Of a stretch of DNA of 64,000 nt, positions 19,520 through 30,000 are shown in pieces. The DNA is from Pseudobdellovibrionaceae bacterium (GTDB taxonomy: Bacteria > Bdellovibrionota > Bdellovibrionia > Bdellovibrionales > UBA1609). Where the stretch lies: assembly GCA_020635075.1 (NCBI GenBank), contig JACKAM010000002.1, forward strand, positions 199,802 to 263,801, read 5' to 3'. The first letter of the stretch is position 1. Every line of letters begins with the position of its first letter. A model generated the notes under the pieces. The model was not told the origin of the DNA, ran no database searches, and worked only from the letters and a program-made list of their open reading frames with translations. Both the position numbers and the translations under genes were made by a program.

Positions 19520-21004
19520 CTATTTTGGAATGGTAATTTTTTGACCAGCGCGTAGAGCACGGGGATTGCTGATCTCGTTAGCATTGATGATCGCCCGCAC
19601 GGTAACACCAAAGCGCTGAGCAATATCACTAAGCGTGTCTCCACGCTGAACCCTATACTTTTCACCGTCCATAACTTCTGGCTTTTGGTCTTTCAACGTG
19701 TCAATTCTCGCTAGACTTTTTTCCTTTTCGCCCGGTGGCACAAAGATAAAGTTGCCCTCTCGAACCACTCTCCAGCCCCGCCAAACATAGGAGTGAACAT
19801 GAGGGTTGAAGTATCTGGCCTGCTCCACGTCTCCGCCAAAAATATCCAATAGACCCTGGTGATTCACATTTCGATTGAGCTTGATCATTTCCCGTGAATG
19901 CTCGGCCATCCACATCGGCTCTTTAAAATATTTCTTAGCGTTCTTCTCCACTTCAAGGGCAGCCAGAAAGCTGGCGTAGAAGTTAGCTGACGCAAAACCA
20001 AACCGACCCTTGCGCACATCAAGAAGATCCACCAGATTGGACGTTTGCTCCTTCTGCACCAAGCGACGCATACCCGCTGGCCCATGATTATAAGCCGTCA
20101 CCGCAAGAGGCCAACTCTCCAGCATTCCATAGTTGATCTTTAACAAACGGGCCGCGGCCTCTGTTGCCCTAATCGGGTCATTTCGCTCGTCCACAGACCA
20201 ATTGATCTTCAGAAATTGCCTCCCGGTGTAGCGCATGAACTGCCAAATGCCCGAGGCCCCAGCTCGAGACCTAGCTTTCAAGTTGAAACTCGACTCCACA
20301 AATGGGATGCGCGTCAGCTCAATTGGAAGACCAGCTTCCCGAAAGATCCTCTCCATTTGCCTCAGGTATCTCCCCGAGTAATGTATTCCCTGAAGAAAAC
20401 GATCTTTCTGTCCCAGCTGAAACCTCAGCCGCCCCTTAGTCGACGCCTCTTTGAATTTGTTTTTCTCATCCACTTTGGCAAACATATACCAGTAGCGCAG
20501 ATCTTCGCCATCGAGCCCCGCCGGACTACTCAGCTTTTCCAATCGATGGAGCCTCTCCGTGACCACCTTTTTGGCCTCATTCACCCGCTTACGTCTGGCT
20601 CTGACTTTTTGCACATCGGTGAGATCCGTTTGCACCTGAATATCGGTGAAGTCCACCTTTTCATACACGATGTGCACATATCGGCTATCATGGAGAAGTC
20701 CCTGATCTGTGGTGAGTTCCGAGTAGATGTCGATCCAAAAAGACACCCTCTCTTCCATTCCCGGAAGAATGGCGAAGGCACCCGCGCCATACCCTAGAGC
20801 ATTTTCCTGATTTGAATAATCTGGTGAAAACCAAGGGCGATCGCCCCTTTCAGGCACGTTGGGATCCATATCGGCCAACACCACTGGAGTTTCCTCATCA
20901 GAGGTGGCAGCAGCAAAACGGCCAAACAGACTGCCCGACACGGTTAGAAAAAAGGAAATCAATATTAACCAGATCAAAACAAATGTCGGTCGCGTGTAAT
21001 TCAT
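19520..21004 (-). CDS. membrane-bound lytic murein transglycosylase (SLT domain) with C-terminal LysM
   Basis: SLT motif ESSFNLKARSRAGASGIWQFM. C-terminal LysM (YRVQRGDTLSDIAQRFGV...GQKITIP). I prefer the start at MNYTRPTFVLIW (21004), 5 nt after the dacB stop. Confidence 0.8.
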   Translation of the reverse strand: MNYTRPTFVLIWLILISFFLTVSGSLFGRFAAATSDEETPVVLADMDPNVPERGDRPWFSPDYSNQENALGYGAGAFAILPGMEERVSFWIDIYSELTTDQGLLHDSRYVHIVYEKVDFTDIQVQTDLTDVQKVRARRKRVNEAKKVVTERLHRLEKLSSPAGLDGEDLRYWYMFAKVDEKNKFKEASTKGRLRFQLGQKDRFLQGIHYSGRYLRQMERIFREAGLPIELTRIPFVESSFNLKARSRAGASGIWQFMRYTGRQFLKINWSVDERNDPIRATEAAARLLKINYGMLESWPLAVTAYNHGPAGMRRLVQKEQTSNLVDLLDVRKGRFGFASANFYASFLAALEVEKNAKKYFKEPMWMAEHSREMIKLNRNVNHQGLLDIFGGDVEQARYFNPHVHSYVWRGWRVVREGNFIFVPPGEKEKSLARIDTLKDQKPEVMDGEKYRVQRGDTLSDIAQRFGVTVRAIINANEISNPRALRAGQKITIPK

Positions 21005-21008
21005 AATC

Positions 21009-22460
21009 TTATTGTACCAGCTCTGTGGCCAATTGATCAAAAAGATCTCGAGCTGAGATTGTATGTCCGGCACGTCCATTGAATAGAAACACAAAAGTTA
21101 CAATTCCGCCGTCCTCGCGGCCAGCATAACCGGCCAATCCGGCTACACCATTGAGCATTCCAGTTTTTGCCCGAACCCATCCCTTTGCTGGCGGTTGATT
21201 CATTCTTGATTTCAAAGTGCCATCGATACCGGAAATCGGCAGTGAGGAAATGAATTCACTGAACACGGTAAAGTTCTTACGCAGATCTTCAAGAATACGA
21301 TGAAACTGGGCGGGACTCAATCTGTTCTCCCGCGACAAGCCTGATGGACTGGTGATGGAAAACTTGTCTGCTTTAAATCCCTTTTCAACCAAGTAGTCCG
21401 ACAAAGCTATGAGTCCATTGGCCATGGTTCCTGGTTCACCTTTTTGTTCAACGGCCAAATTCTTGGTTAGCATTTCCGCCACATAGTTGTTGGAGAATTT
21501 CATCATATCAGTGACGATTTGACCAATCGGTTTACTTTCGGCCTGAGCCAAGAGGTTGGCTTTTGAAGGTGTCGCCCCTGTCCGTACACCGCCGGTGACG
21601 ACAATGCCCCGCCTCTGCAAAAAAGCCTTTAGGTGAGAGCCGGACCAGGTGTCAGGATGAAGGATGCCTTTGTAAATGACGGCCTCATCGGCATCAAGAG
21701 CCAAAGATCCATGAACAACAATGGTGTCACCATTGGAGCCATTGCTTTTTCGTTCAGCCTTAAGATTTTTGCGGCTGCCCTTTTTGCCTGTCACTGCCTT
21801 ATTGACTACCGTGATATAACTGTTTTCCGGATCGGCAAATATTCTTGCCTTTTCACCCGCTTTTTCCCCAGGCCGCACATAAATATTGATTGAGTTCCAA
21901 TTGAAAGACATTGCACCAACCGGAGCATCATAAGCCCTGTCAACACGGCTGGGGTCACGTCCCTCATGAAATCGCTCACTGTCAAAGCGGGTGTCATCGA
22001 CGACCACGTCACCCTCGATCCGGCGAACGCCCGTGCGATAGAATTCATTGACCAAAAACCACATGGACTCTGACACAAAGGCCGGATCCCCGCCGCCCTT
22101 CAAATAGAGATCACCCTTGAGGGTCGTGCCGCTTGCCTTATTAACTGAAAGAAGTTCAGTAAAGAACTTGTGCCCAGGAGGATATTTTTCAAGGCTCATG
22201 CCGGCGGTGAGGATCTTGGTTAATGAGGCTGGCACCATGGAATTTTGCCCATTGAGGTCTATGAGTCTGGTCGCCTGACCTTCCTGATGCAAAAAAGCCA
22301 GTATTCCCAACTCCTCCTTCTTAATGGCTGATGAGCTGATGCGCTTGCTGAGGCGTTGACTAAGATCGTCGGCCAATTCGCCTGCCCCGGACGAGAATGA
22401 AAACAGAATTCCTACCAGCAAAATCCAGATTGTCCGCTGTTGCATCATGATTTGGACCAT
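21009..22460 (-). CDS. dacB: D-alanyl-D-alanine carboxypeptidase/endopeptidase (PBP4 family)
   Basis: SLTK, SNN and KTG motifs in PBP4 order, with a signal peptide. ATG at 22460 has GAAGG upstream. Confidence 0.85.
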   Translation of the reverse strand: MVQIMMQQRTIWILLVGILFSFSSGAGELADDLSQRLSKRISSSAIKKEELGILAFLHQEGQATRLIDLNGQNSMVPASLTKILTAGMSLEKYPPGHKFFTELLSVNKASGTTLKGDLYLKGGGDPAFVSESMWFLVNEFYRTGVRRIEGDVVVDDTRFDSERFHEGRDPSRVDRAYDAPVGAMSFNWNSINIYVRPGEKAGEKARIFADPENSYITVVNKAVTGKKGSRKNLKAERKSNGSNGDTIVVHGSLALDADEAVIYKGILHPDTWSGSHLKAFLQRRGIVVTGGVRTGATPSKANLLAQAESKPIGQIVTDMMKFSNNYVAEMLTKNLAVEQKGEPGTMANGLIALSDYLVEKGFKADKFSITSPSGLSRENRLSPAQFHRILEDLRKNFTVFSEFISSLPISGIDGTLKSRMNQPPAKGWVRAKTGMLNGVAGLAGYAGREDGGIVTFVFLFNGRAGHTISARDLFDQLATELVQ

Positions 22461-22526
22461 ATTACCTTCGCCATTAAAGTTAGAAGCAGGCAAATCATAT
22501 CAACAGCCAGTTGCAAGGTGAATAAA

Positions 22527-24029
22527 ATGCGCCGCACAATTCCCATTCTTTTGGCAGGTCTTCTGCTTTGGTCCTGTTCCAGAACTCAGAAACTGGAACC
22601 TGATACTCTTTATGTTGCATTGGGCTCTCAGCCCAGCTCTCTCGATCCCCGCTTTGCCACGGATGCTAATGGAATGCGTATTGCCCAACTTATGTTTAAC
22701 TCCATTGTACGCATCGGCCCGGACCTTAAGGTCACCGGAGATGCGGCCGAATCCTGGACCTACAAGGATCTGATCTACACCTTCAAGTTGCGTGAGAATT
22801 TGAGTTTTTCCAATGGGCGCAAAGTTCATCCGGAGGATATTCAGTTTTCGTTTGAGCAGTATCGCCTGGACAACAACCCATTTCATTCGGCTCTGGATTT
22901 AGTCAATGGGGTGACGGCCAAAGACATGGGTACCCATTTGCAGGTTAAGGTTCGCCTCAAAGAGTATTCTGCCAAACTTCTGACCTCTGATCTACCGGTA
23001 GTCAAAATTCTTCCGAAGGAGGAAACTCTCGCTGCTGGTGCCGACTTTGCAAAACAGCTGATCGGCACAGGGAGTTTTTCCTTCGATCATCAGTCGGCCA
23101 ACGAAATCGTTCTTAAAGCGCGGAAGGATCATCCCTATGCTTCCCCTAGGGTCAATCGCCTGATTTTTAAAGTTATTCGCGATGAGTTCACCCGTTTTCA
23201 AAAGACCTACAAGGGGTCCATCGATATCGCCCAGGCGGAGATCCCTCTTTCCAAAGTGATTGTTTTTGAAAGGAGGCCTGAAGACTTTCAGGTTTATAAG
23301 TACCCAGGTTTGTCGATGAGCTACATATTGGTAAATCTCAAAGATCCACTTTTACAAAACCTGCAAGTCCGGCAAGCCCTGGCACATGGACTTCAGCGCG
23401 ATGAAATCATTAAATACAAACTTGAAGGCCTAGCGAGCCCAGCAACTGCGATTTTGACTCCAAATAATCCCTTTCATGACCAGGATCTCAACAACCTCCC
23501 CTTTGATCTGGCGAAGGGAAAGGCCCTTCTTGAGCAAAGCCAGGCCTCCGGTAAAACTCTGACTCTCAAGACTTCTAACGCCCAATCAGCAGTAGAAAAC
23601 GGTAAGGTCTTGGTTAATCAACTCTCCCAATTGGGAATCAAGGTTGTCTTGCAAAGTTTTGAGTGGGGAACCTTTTATGACGACGTCCGCAAGGGCAACT
23701 TCCAGCTAGCCACCATGAGGTGGATCGGAGCACTAGACCCGGACATCTACCGCATCGCGCTCCACTCCAGTGAAACACCTCCCGGACGAAACCGGGGGCA
23801 ATACGTCAATTCACAATTGGATCTGCTCTTGGAACAAGGTCTTAAGATTGCCGACGAGGGTCGAAGGATTGCCCACTACAAAAAGGTCCAGAAAATTGTT
23901 TTGGACGATCTTCCCATAATTCCCCTCTGGTACGATGGACAGGTTGCCATCGTTAACAAACGAGTTAAAAATTATACTCCACCCTTAAACGGGGACTTCA
24001 GCCCATTTGTTCGGGTGACAAAAGAATAG
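22527..24029 (+). CDS. ABC transporter substrate-binding lipoprotein, peptide/nickel family 5
   Basis: Lipobox LLLWSC. Length and motifs match SBP_bac_5 (LDPRFATDANGMRIAQLMFNSIVR). No permease or ATPase genes are adjacent. Confidence 0.8.
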   Translation: MRRTIPILLAGLLLWSCSRTQKLEPDTLYVALGSQPSSLDPRFATDANGMRIAQLMFNSIVRIGPDLKVTGDAAESWTYKDLIYTFKLRENLSFSNGRKVHPEDIQFSFEQYRLDNNPFHSALDLVNGVTAKDMGTHLQVKVRLKEYSAKLLTSDLPVVKILPKEETLAAGADFAKQLIGTGSFSFDHQSANEIVLKARKDHPYASPRVNRLIFKVIRDEFTRFQKTYKGSIDIAQAEIPLSKVIVFERRPEDFQVYKYPGLSMSYILVNLKDPLLQNLQVRQALAHGLQRDEIIKYKLEGLASPATAILTPNNPFHDQDLNNLPFDLAKGKALLEQSQASGKTLTLKTSNAQSAVENGKVLVNQLSQLGIKVVLQSFEWGTFYDDVRKGNFQLATMRWIGALDPDIYRIALHSSETPPGRNRGQYVNSQLDLLLEQGLKIADEGRRIAHYKKVQKIVLDDLPIIPLWYDGQVAIVNKRVKNYTPPLNGDFSPFVRVTKE

Positions 24030-24043
24030 GGAGACTCCCACTT

Positions 24044-24982
24044 GTGACCACCGAGTCGACAACGAAACCAAAAATTCTCTGTGTCGATGATGAACGAGCC
24101 GTGCTTGAGGCCCTACGTCGACTTCTCCGCAGTGATTTCCGGGTGGTCACGGCCGAATCCGGAGAGGAAGCCTTGAACCTCCTTGAGAGTCATCCAGATT
24201 TGGCGGTGATTTTGAGTGACTACCGCATGGAAGGTCTTTCGGGAATCGAGCTTTTGCGCCGCAGTCGCAGCATCGTTCCAAACGCCGTTCGCGCCATCTT
24301 AAGCGGGCAGATTGAGCTCAAACAGATTTCTGAAGCTATCAACCGGGCTGAGATCCATCGATTGATCTTAAAGCCCTGGGACAACGAATATTTGCGCATC
24401 CAAATGCAGGAAGCGGTGCTCACCCATAGTACCCTGGTCGAAAAAAATCAACTGCGCCAGTTGGCCATCACCGATCCCGTCACCGGTCTAACTAATCACC
24501 GTTATTTCCAGGAGCGACTTCAAGATCTGTGGAGAAAAGGTCTTACTCCTCAACACCCCATGAGTCTGTTAATGATTGATATCGACAACTTTAAGTCTGT
24601 GAATGATAAATACGGCCACTTAGCCGGGGATCAGGTTCTCGCTGAGGTTGCTGAAAGGCTGGTGTCCAGTATCGGCGACTCAGATTCTGTGAGTCGCTAT
24701 GGGGGCGAGGAATTTTCCCTGATCCTTACCGACACCGATAGCGGAGGGGCTGGACAAAGGGCCGACAAGATTCGCCAGGCGATCGAGTCTGAGAAATTCA
24801 CCATAGCCAACTCCCAACAGGCTACTTTGACCGTCAGCATCGGCGTGACCACCTATCCGGGCGCCATCAGCCTTGAAAGACCAACTGATTTGATTGCCCA
24901 GGCTGACCACGCCCTTTATCGGGCAAAAAATCAGGGGCGTAATCAGGTTTTGATTTACGACCCGACTCTCGACCGGAACTGA
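24044..24982 (+). CDS. response regulator receiver-GGDEF diguanylate cyclase
   Basis: REC domain (KILCVDDE...D...KP) followed by GGDEF with an intact GGEEF active site and RxxD-type spacing upstream. GTG start. Confidence 0.85.
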   Translation: MTTESTTKPKILCVDDERAVLEALRRLLRSDFRVVTAESGEEALNLLESHPDLAVILSDYRMEGLSGIELLRRSRSIVPNAVRAILSGQIELKQISEAINRAEIHRLILKPWDNEYLRIQMQEAVLTHSTLVEKNQLRQLAITDPVTGLTNHRYFQERLQDLWRKGLTPQHPMSLLMIDIDNFKSVNDKYGHLAGDQVLAEVAERLVSSIGDSDSVSRYGGEEFSLILTDTDSGGAGQRADKIRQAIESEKFTIANSQQATLTVSIGVTTYPGAISLERPTDLIAQADHALYRAKNQGRNQVLIYDPTLDRN

Positions 24983-25037
24983 CCCCAATCTAATTTGACC
25001 GTAAGCATCCTTCCATCCATTTGCTATTCTGTACTCT

Positions 25038-26066
25038 GTGAAAAAACGTGATTGGGTCTTCGTTATTGGATTGGTATTAGTTGTTTGGTTGGCAGATCGC
25101 CTGACAAAGGCGTGGGCCCTCGACGCTATCACCCACCTTCAATTTTACGGACCTCTTGGACTGGTCCTTCACCGCAACCCGGGTGCGATCCTAGGTGCCT
25201 TCTCCAACCTCCCCCCACTCCTTCGCGTGGTCTCACTTTCGACGGGCGGAGCCTTTCTCATTTTCACTTATGCGGCTATTCAGTATCTGCTTCCTCGACG
25301 CTCATTTGTTCTTCGCGCCGGAATGTCCATTCTCCTAGGGGGAATTCTTGGTAACGTCACCGACCGAATCATCTGGGGCTCAGTGGTGGATTTTGTCCTT
25401 CTTGGCAGTCCCCATTGGGCCACACCGGCATTTAACTTTGCAGACGCCATTCAATGGGTGGGTTACTTCATGATCGTTGGTTCCCTCATTAAAGAAGGGA
25501 ATCAAATTTGGCCTAATGAAAATGAACGCAAGCGGGTTTGGATCAACCCCCTCTATCAATGGAAGTACTGCCTGGTTCTGGTCTTTGTTGGCTTGGGATT
25601 TGCCATCATTAGCGGGGTATTTTCTTATACCTTCTTAAAGGTGACGATTGATGACATCATTATTGGATCCCCTGCGGTGGCTGAGCAGAAGTTCCTGTCC
25701 CCATTTTTGATGACCTACATGTCAATCTGTTCGGGATTTCTGATCATGCTCTTTCTTATTGGCCGAATTCTTTCCCACCGGACCGCTGGCCCCCTATATG
25801 CATTTGAGCGCTTTATGGATGATGTCATGATCGGAAAAGACCGGGTCCTCAAGCTCCGTCAGGGCGACGAATTCATGCACCTCGAAGAGCTGGCTGAAAA
25901 GATCCGCGATCGCTTCATACACGAAGGACTTCTTAAAAAATCAGACCACCCCGAGGAAATTCATGAACCCGAGGACCAACATGTTCTCGGCCAGGAGTCA
26001 GACCCGGAAGAATCCGGTGAGACGGAAGCCATCGCCGCCATTCCGAAAGAAGCGGGCAACGAGTAG
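25038..26066 (+). CDS. lspA: lipoprotein signal peptidase II fused to extra TM helices and a HAMP-like cytoplasmic segment
   Basis: The first ~165 aa have LspA motifs (GNVTDR, VVDF, FNFADA). Two more TM helices follow, then HRTAGPLYAFERFMDDVMIGKDRVLKLRQGDEFMHLEELA and an acidic tail. Confidence 0.8.
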   Translation: MKKRDWVFVIGLVLVVWLADRLTKAWALDAITHLQFYGPLGLVLHRNPGAILGAFSNLPPLLRVVSLSTGGAFLIFTYAAIQYLLPRRSFVLRAGMSILLGGILGNVTDRIIWGSVVDFVLLGSPHWATPAFNFADAIQWVGYFMIVGSLIKEGNQIWPNENERKRVWINPLYQWKYCLVLVFVGLGFAIISGVFSYTFLKVTIDDIIIGSPAVAEQKFLSPFLMTYMSICSGFLIMLFLIGRILSHRTAGPLYAFERFMDDVMIGKDRVLKLRQGDEFMHLEELAEKIRDRFIHEGLLKKSDHPEEIHEPEDQHVLGQESDPEESGETEAIAAIPKEAGNE

Positions 26067-26071
26067 TAAAA

Positions 26072-26917
26072 CTAGCTGCGGGCCTTTTTAATTTTTTCTA
26101 GGAAATATCTCTTTGGTACTTCTTCCAGAGACCGATTGGTGCCGCATTTCTCCTCACGAGCAACGAGAAAATCCCCATTGGGGTTTCGGACGATCCCCAA
26201 CGGCATAACTGTTCTTGCTTCACCAGGTCTCGACCCTCCTGAATATACAATCTCAACCGGTTGCTTCGCCCGCAAAGCCTTGATGATCTCAGCCATCACT
26301 CTATTGGCGTGGAGGTTGTGAAGAGAGTAGTCCCGCCAGTTGAGCTCCGGACCCTGAGCTGCCAAAACTTCAGCCACCGTCTTATATTTACCCACCCGGT
26401 CCAAACACTTAAACATCAGGGCCAGGCAGGCGATAGCATCATCGAGAGCGCGATGAGCCTGGCCACCCTCAATTCCCAAAAAGCTTACCAGTGTCTGCAA
26501 CCGATGATTGGGACTCTCGGGAATCACCGCCCTCGACAGCAAGCTGGTACATAGCACAGGCGTCGATGGCAAGGGGAGCCTTTGATTCTCAAATTCGATG
26601 GACAAAAAACCTAAGTCAAAGGGTGCATGATGAGCCACCGGAACAGCATCACCCAAAAACTCATGAAACTCGCCAATTTTTGCCCCTATCGGAGGGGCAT
26701 CAACCACCATCTCGTTGGTAATGTTATGGATCTTGATCACCTCTTCAGACATCCTGTGGGTCGGTTTAATCAGAGTCTGATAACGACCAATCTCCTGGCC
26801 ATTTCTCCATTTGACGGCAGCGATTTCACAGATTTCCGCATCCAGGGGGTATTTTCCCGTGGTCTCCGTGTCAAAGGCGACATATGTGGCATCCGGCCAG
26901 AATAGGCTTAAATCCAT
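26072..26917 (-). CDS. DEDDh 3'-5' exonuclease (DnaQ-like) with WYL-like C-terminal domain
   Basis: Exo motifs FDTETTG, HHAPFDLGFL and HRALDDA. The C-terminal 90 aa follow a WYL-type pattern (VEIVYSGGSRPGEARTVMPLGIV...DFLVARE...RYFLEKI). Confidence 0.75.
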   Translation of the reverse strand: MDLSLFWPDATYVAFDTETTGKYPLDAEICEIAAVKWRNGQEIGRYQTLIKPTHRMSEEVIKIHNITNEMVVDAPPIGAKIGEFHEFLGDAVPVAHHAPFDLGFLSIEFENQRLPLPSTPVLCTSLLSRAVIPESPNHRLQTLVSFLGIEGGQAHRALDDAIACLALMFKCLDRVGKYKTVAEVLAAQGPELNWRDYSLHNLHANRVMAEIIKALRAKQPVEIVYSGGSRPGEARTVMPLGIVRNPNGDFLVAREEKCGTNRSLEEVPKRYFLEKIKKARS

Positions 26918-27029
26918 TCAATCGGTTTAGGGGCTTTTGAGTCTTAAGACAATGAATTTCTTAAGATTCATTGCCCATATCCCTCCTTTTTTCTAGAATA
27001 ATGGCCATCGATTACCGGGACCTGGAAAT

Positions 27030-30000
27030 ATGCGTTCGATCATTGGATTTTTTGCTAAAGAACATCTCCTCGGCAATCTGCTCACTGTCCTGATCATCAT
27101 CACCGGCGTCTTTACCATATTCACCATTCGCCGTGATATCTGGCCAAATGTGCAATTCAATTTGACCACTGTCTCCACCTTTCTGGGCGGGGCATCTCCT
27201 GAGCAAGTGGAAAAACTGGTGATCAATCCGGTGGAAGAAGCCCTCCGGGAAGTGGATGGAATCAAGAAGGTTTTTTCCACGGCGACCGAGGGCCGGGCCG
27301 TTGTCGTCGCCCAACTCGATCCCGATGCTCGCAACCCAGACAAAACCAATTCCGACATCCAACAAGCCATTGACCGCATTGACTCTCTGCCTTCATCTGC
27401 TGACAAACCGGTAATCTATGCCATCGAGGCAGGCCGTGAACCAGTGATTGAAGTCACCGTCACTGGCGAGAAAAATCCCATCGAAGTGCGCAACGCTGCC
27501 AAATTTGTCGCCGATGAACTGAGCCTGGAAAATTTGGTTTCAAAGGTCACCAAGCGCGGCTACGATAAAAGAGAATTTGTGGTCGAAGCCGACCCCGTGA
27601 AGCTGGCAAGACGAAGAGTTCCTTTGTCAGCTCTTATACAATCAATTGAGTCACGCAACATCTCCCTCCCTGGTGGCAGTATACAGAACAATGCAGGCGT
27701 GGAAGTACTCGTGCGAACCGAGGGTGAGTACTCATCGGCCGAAGAAATCGGACGTACTGTGATCTTGGCCAATGAGGCTGGGTATGGCACCCGTGTTCGG
27801 GACGTAGCCACTGTCACCGAAAGCCTAGCTCCTCCCGAAAGGCTATACCGCACCGACGGTGAAGCTGGAATCAATATGATTGTTGCCAAAAAGCAAAATG
27901 CCGATGCCATTGAACTGGTGGAAATTGTTCGCAATAAGGTGGAGCAGTTAAAGTCGAAGGTGCCTGCGAGCGTGCGCCTAGGCTTTTCCAATGACTTTAC
28001 CATTTATCTGGCCAACCGCCTTAACACCCTAAGCTCTAATCTGATGATCGGTCTCGTTCTTGTCATTCTTGTTCTTAGTCTATTCCTGCCCTGGCGGGTG
28101 ACTTTGGTCGTGGCTCTAGGAATTCCTATTGCCCTTTTTGCCTCCCTATCGACAGCTCAGTACTTTGATGTTTCGCTAAATCTTATCAGCTTGATTGGTT
28201 TGATTATCGTTTTGGGCATGCTGGTCGACGATGCCATTGTCGTCAGTGAAAACATCTGGCGTCACATCGAGGACGGAGAATCCTCAGAAAAGGCCATCAT
28301 TGAAGGGACCCGTGAAGTACTGGGGCCCGTACTGGCGTCCGTACTCACCACGGTTTCGGCCTTTGCGCCAATGATGTTCATGACTGGCATCTTTGGTGCT
28401 TTTGTCTTCCAAATTCCCCTTATGGTCATACTTGCGCTTTGCATTTCCCTATTTGAAGCCTTTTTGATCATGCCCTCCCACTTCGCCGCATGGGTGGTTC
28501 CATTTGTCAGTATTGAAAAACAGCAGGCGAAATCCGCCAACTGGTATACTCACCTCTCCGAAACCTATGCCAAATTTGTTTCCTGGAGTCTTACCAAACG
28601 CTACCTCATGCTCGGCCTGGCAGGACTAATGCTTGTTGGCTCCATCACTTTGATTTTTGTCACCGGCCGCTTTGTATTGTTCCCGCCAGGAAGTGTGGAG
28701 CTGATCTTTGTGTCTCTGGAAGCACCAACAGGGACCTCTCTGGAAAAAATGGTGGATTTGGTGACGCCGGTTGAAAATACAATCAACGAACTCCCTGACC
28801 ATGAACTACTGGACTTTATGACTTCGATTGGCATCATCCAGCAGGGCACCATTGATCCTCAAACTCGCCGGGGCTCCCACTACGCCCACATTCGGATCGC
28901 GCTGACATCCAAACTCAAACGAAGCCGAACAGCAACGGAGATAATCGAACAACTGCGCGCCTCGATTGGCCGGCCCGAAGGCTTCAATTCGATTTCATTT
29001 GAATTCGCCCGCGAGGGACCTCCCCAGGGACGACCGATTTCACTCAATGTTCTCGGTCCCGACTTTCAGACTCTACAGACTCTTGCTGGTCAAATCAAAA
29101 AGGAGTTGGGCGAAATTGAGGGGGTTGTCGATGTTCGCGATTCATTTGTTTTAGGAAAACCTGAATGGAATGTTCTTCCGCGCTTCGAAGAATCAGCGAC
29201 TCTTGGCCTTTCTGCTTCCGAAATCGCCCTAAGCGTACGCACGGCCTTTGAGGGAATCATTGCATCCTCCATTCGCGAGTTAGATGAAGAAGTAGATATC
29301 CGTGTGCGCCTGGCTGAGAAAAAGGGCGATGCCCAGACTCAGCTGGAAAACATCAAGATCGGCAATCGCTTAGGAAATCTTATACCTCTCTCCGCCATCG
29401 CCGATTTTAAACAGGAAAAAACACTAAGTGCCATTAATCACCTCCACCATCGCCGCTTAATCAATGTCAGTGCTGAAGTTCAACTTGAGAAGATAACGGC
29501 CAACGAAGTCACGACCAAAATTAAACCCAAAATGGCTGAGCTCACCAAGGGAATGTCCGAGTATTCAATCGATTTTGGTGGAGAGGACGAAGACACTGAG
29601 GAGTCCATGGCGGCTCTTGCACGTGCCTTTATTTTTGCCGCCTTTATTATTTTCTCCCTTCTGATCGTCACCTTTAAAAATCTGTTTCAGCCCATTCTTA
29701 TTCTCACTAGCATTCCCTTGGGGCTGATGGGAGTGATTATCGCAATGTTTCTTCACAATCGCCCTTTGAGTTTCATGGCCATGCTAGGGGTGATTGCCCT
29801 TGCCGGCGTCATCGTCAACAATGCCATTGTACTCATTGATTTTATCAATCGCCGCCGGGAGCAAGGGGACGACCTCAATACCTCCGTGGTAACCGCCGCC
29901 AAGGTCAGACTTCGACCAATCTTACTCACGACCGCAACGACCGTCAGCGGCCTCTTCCCCACGGCCTACGGCGAGCACTTCCAGAAGTATCTCGGAATTG

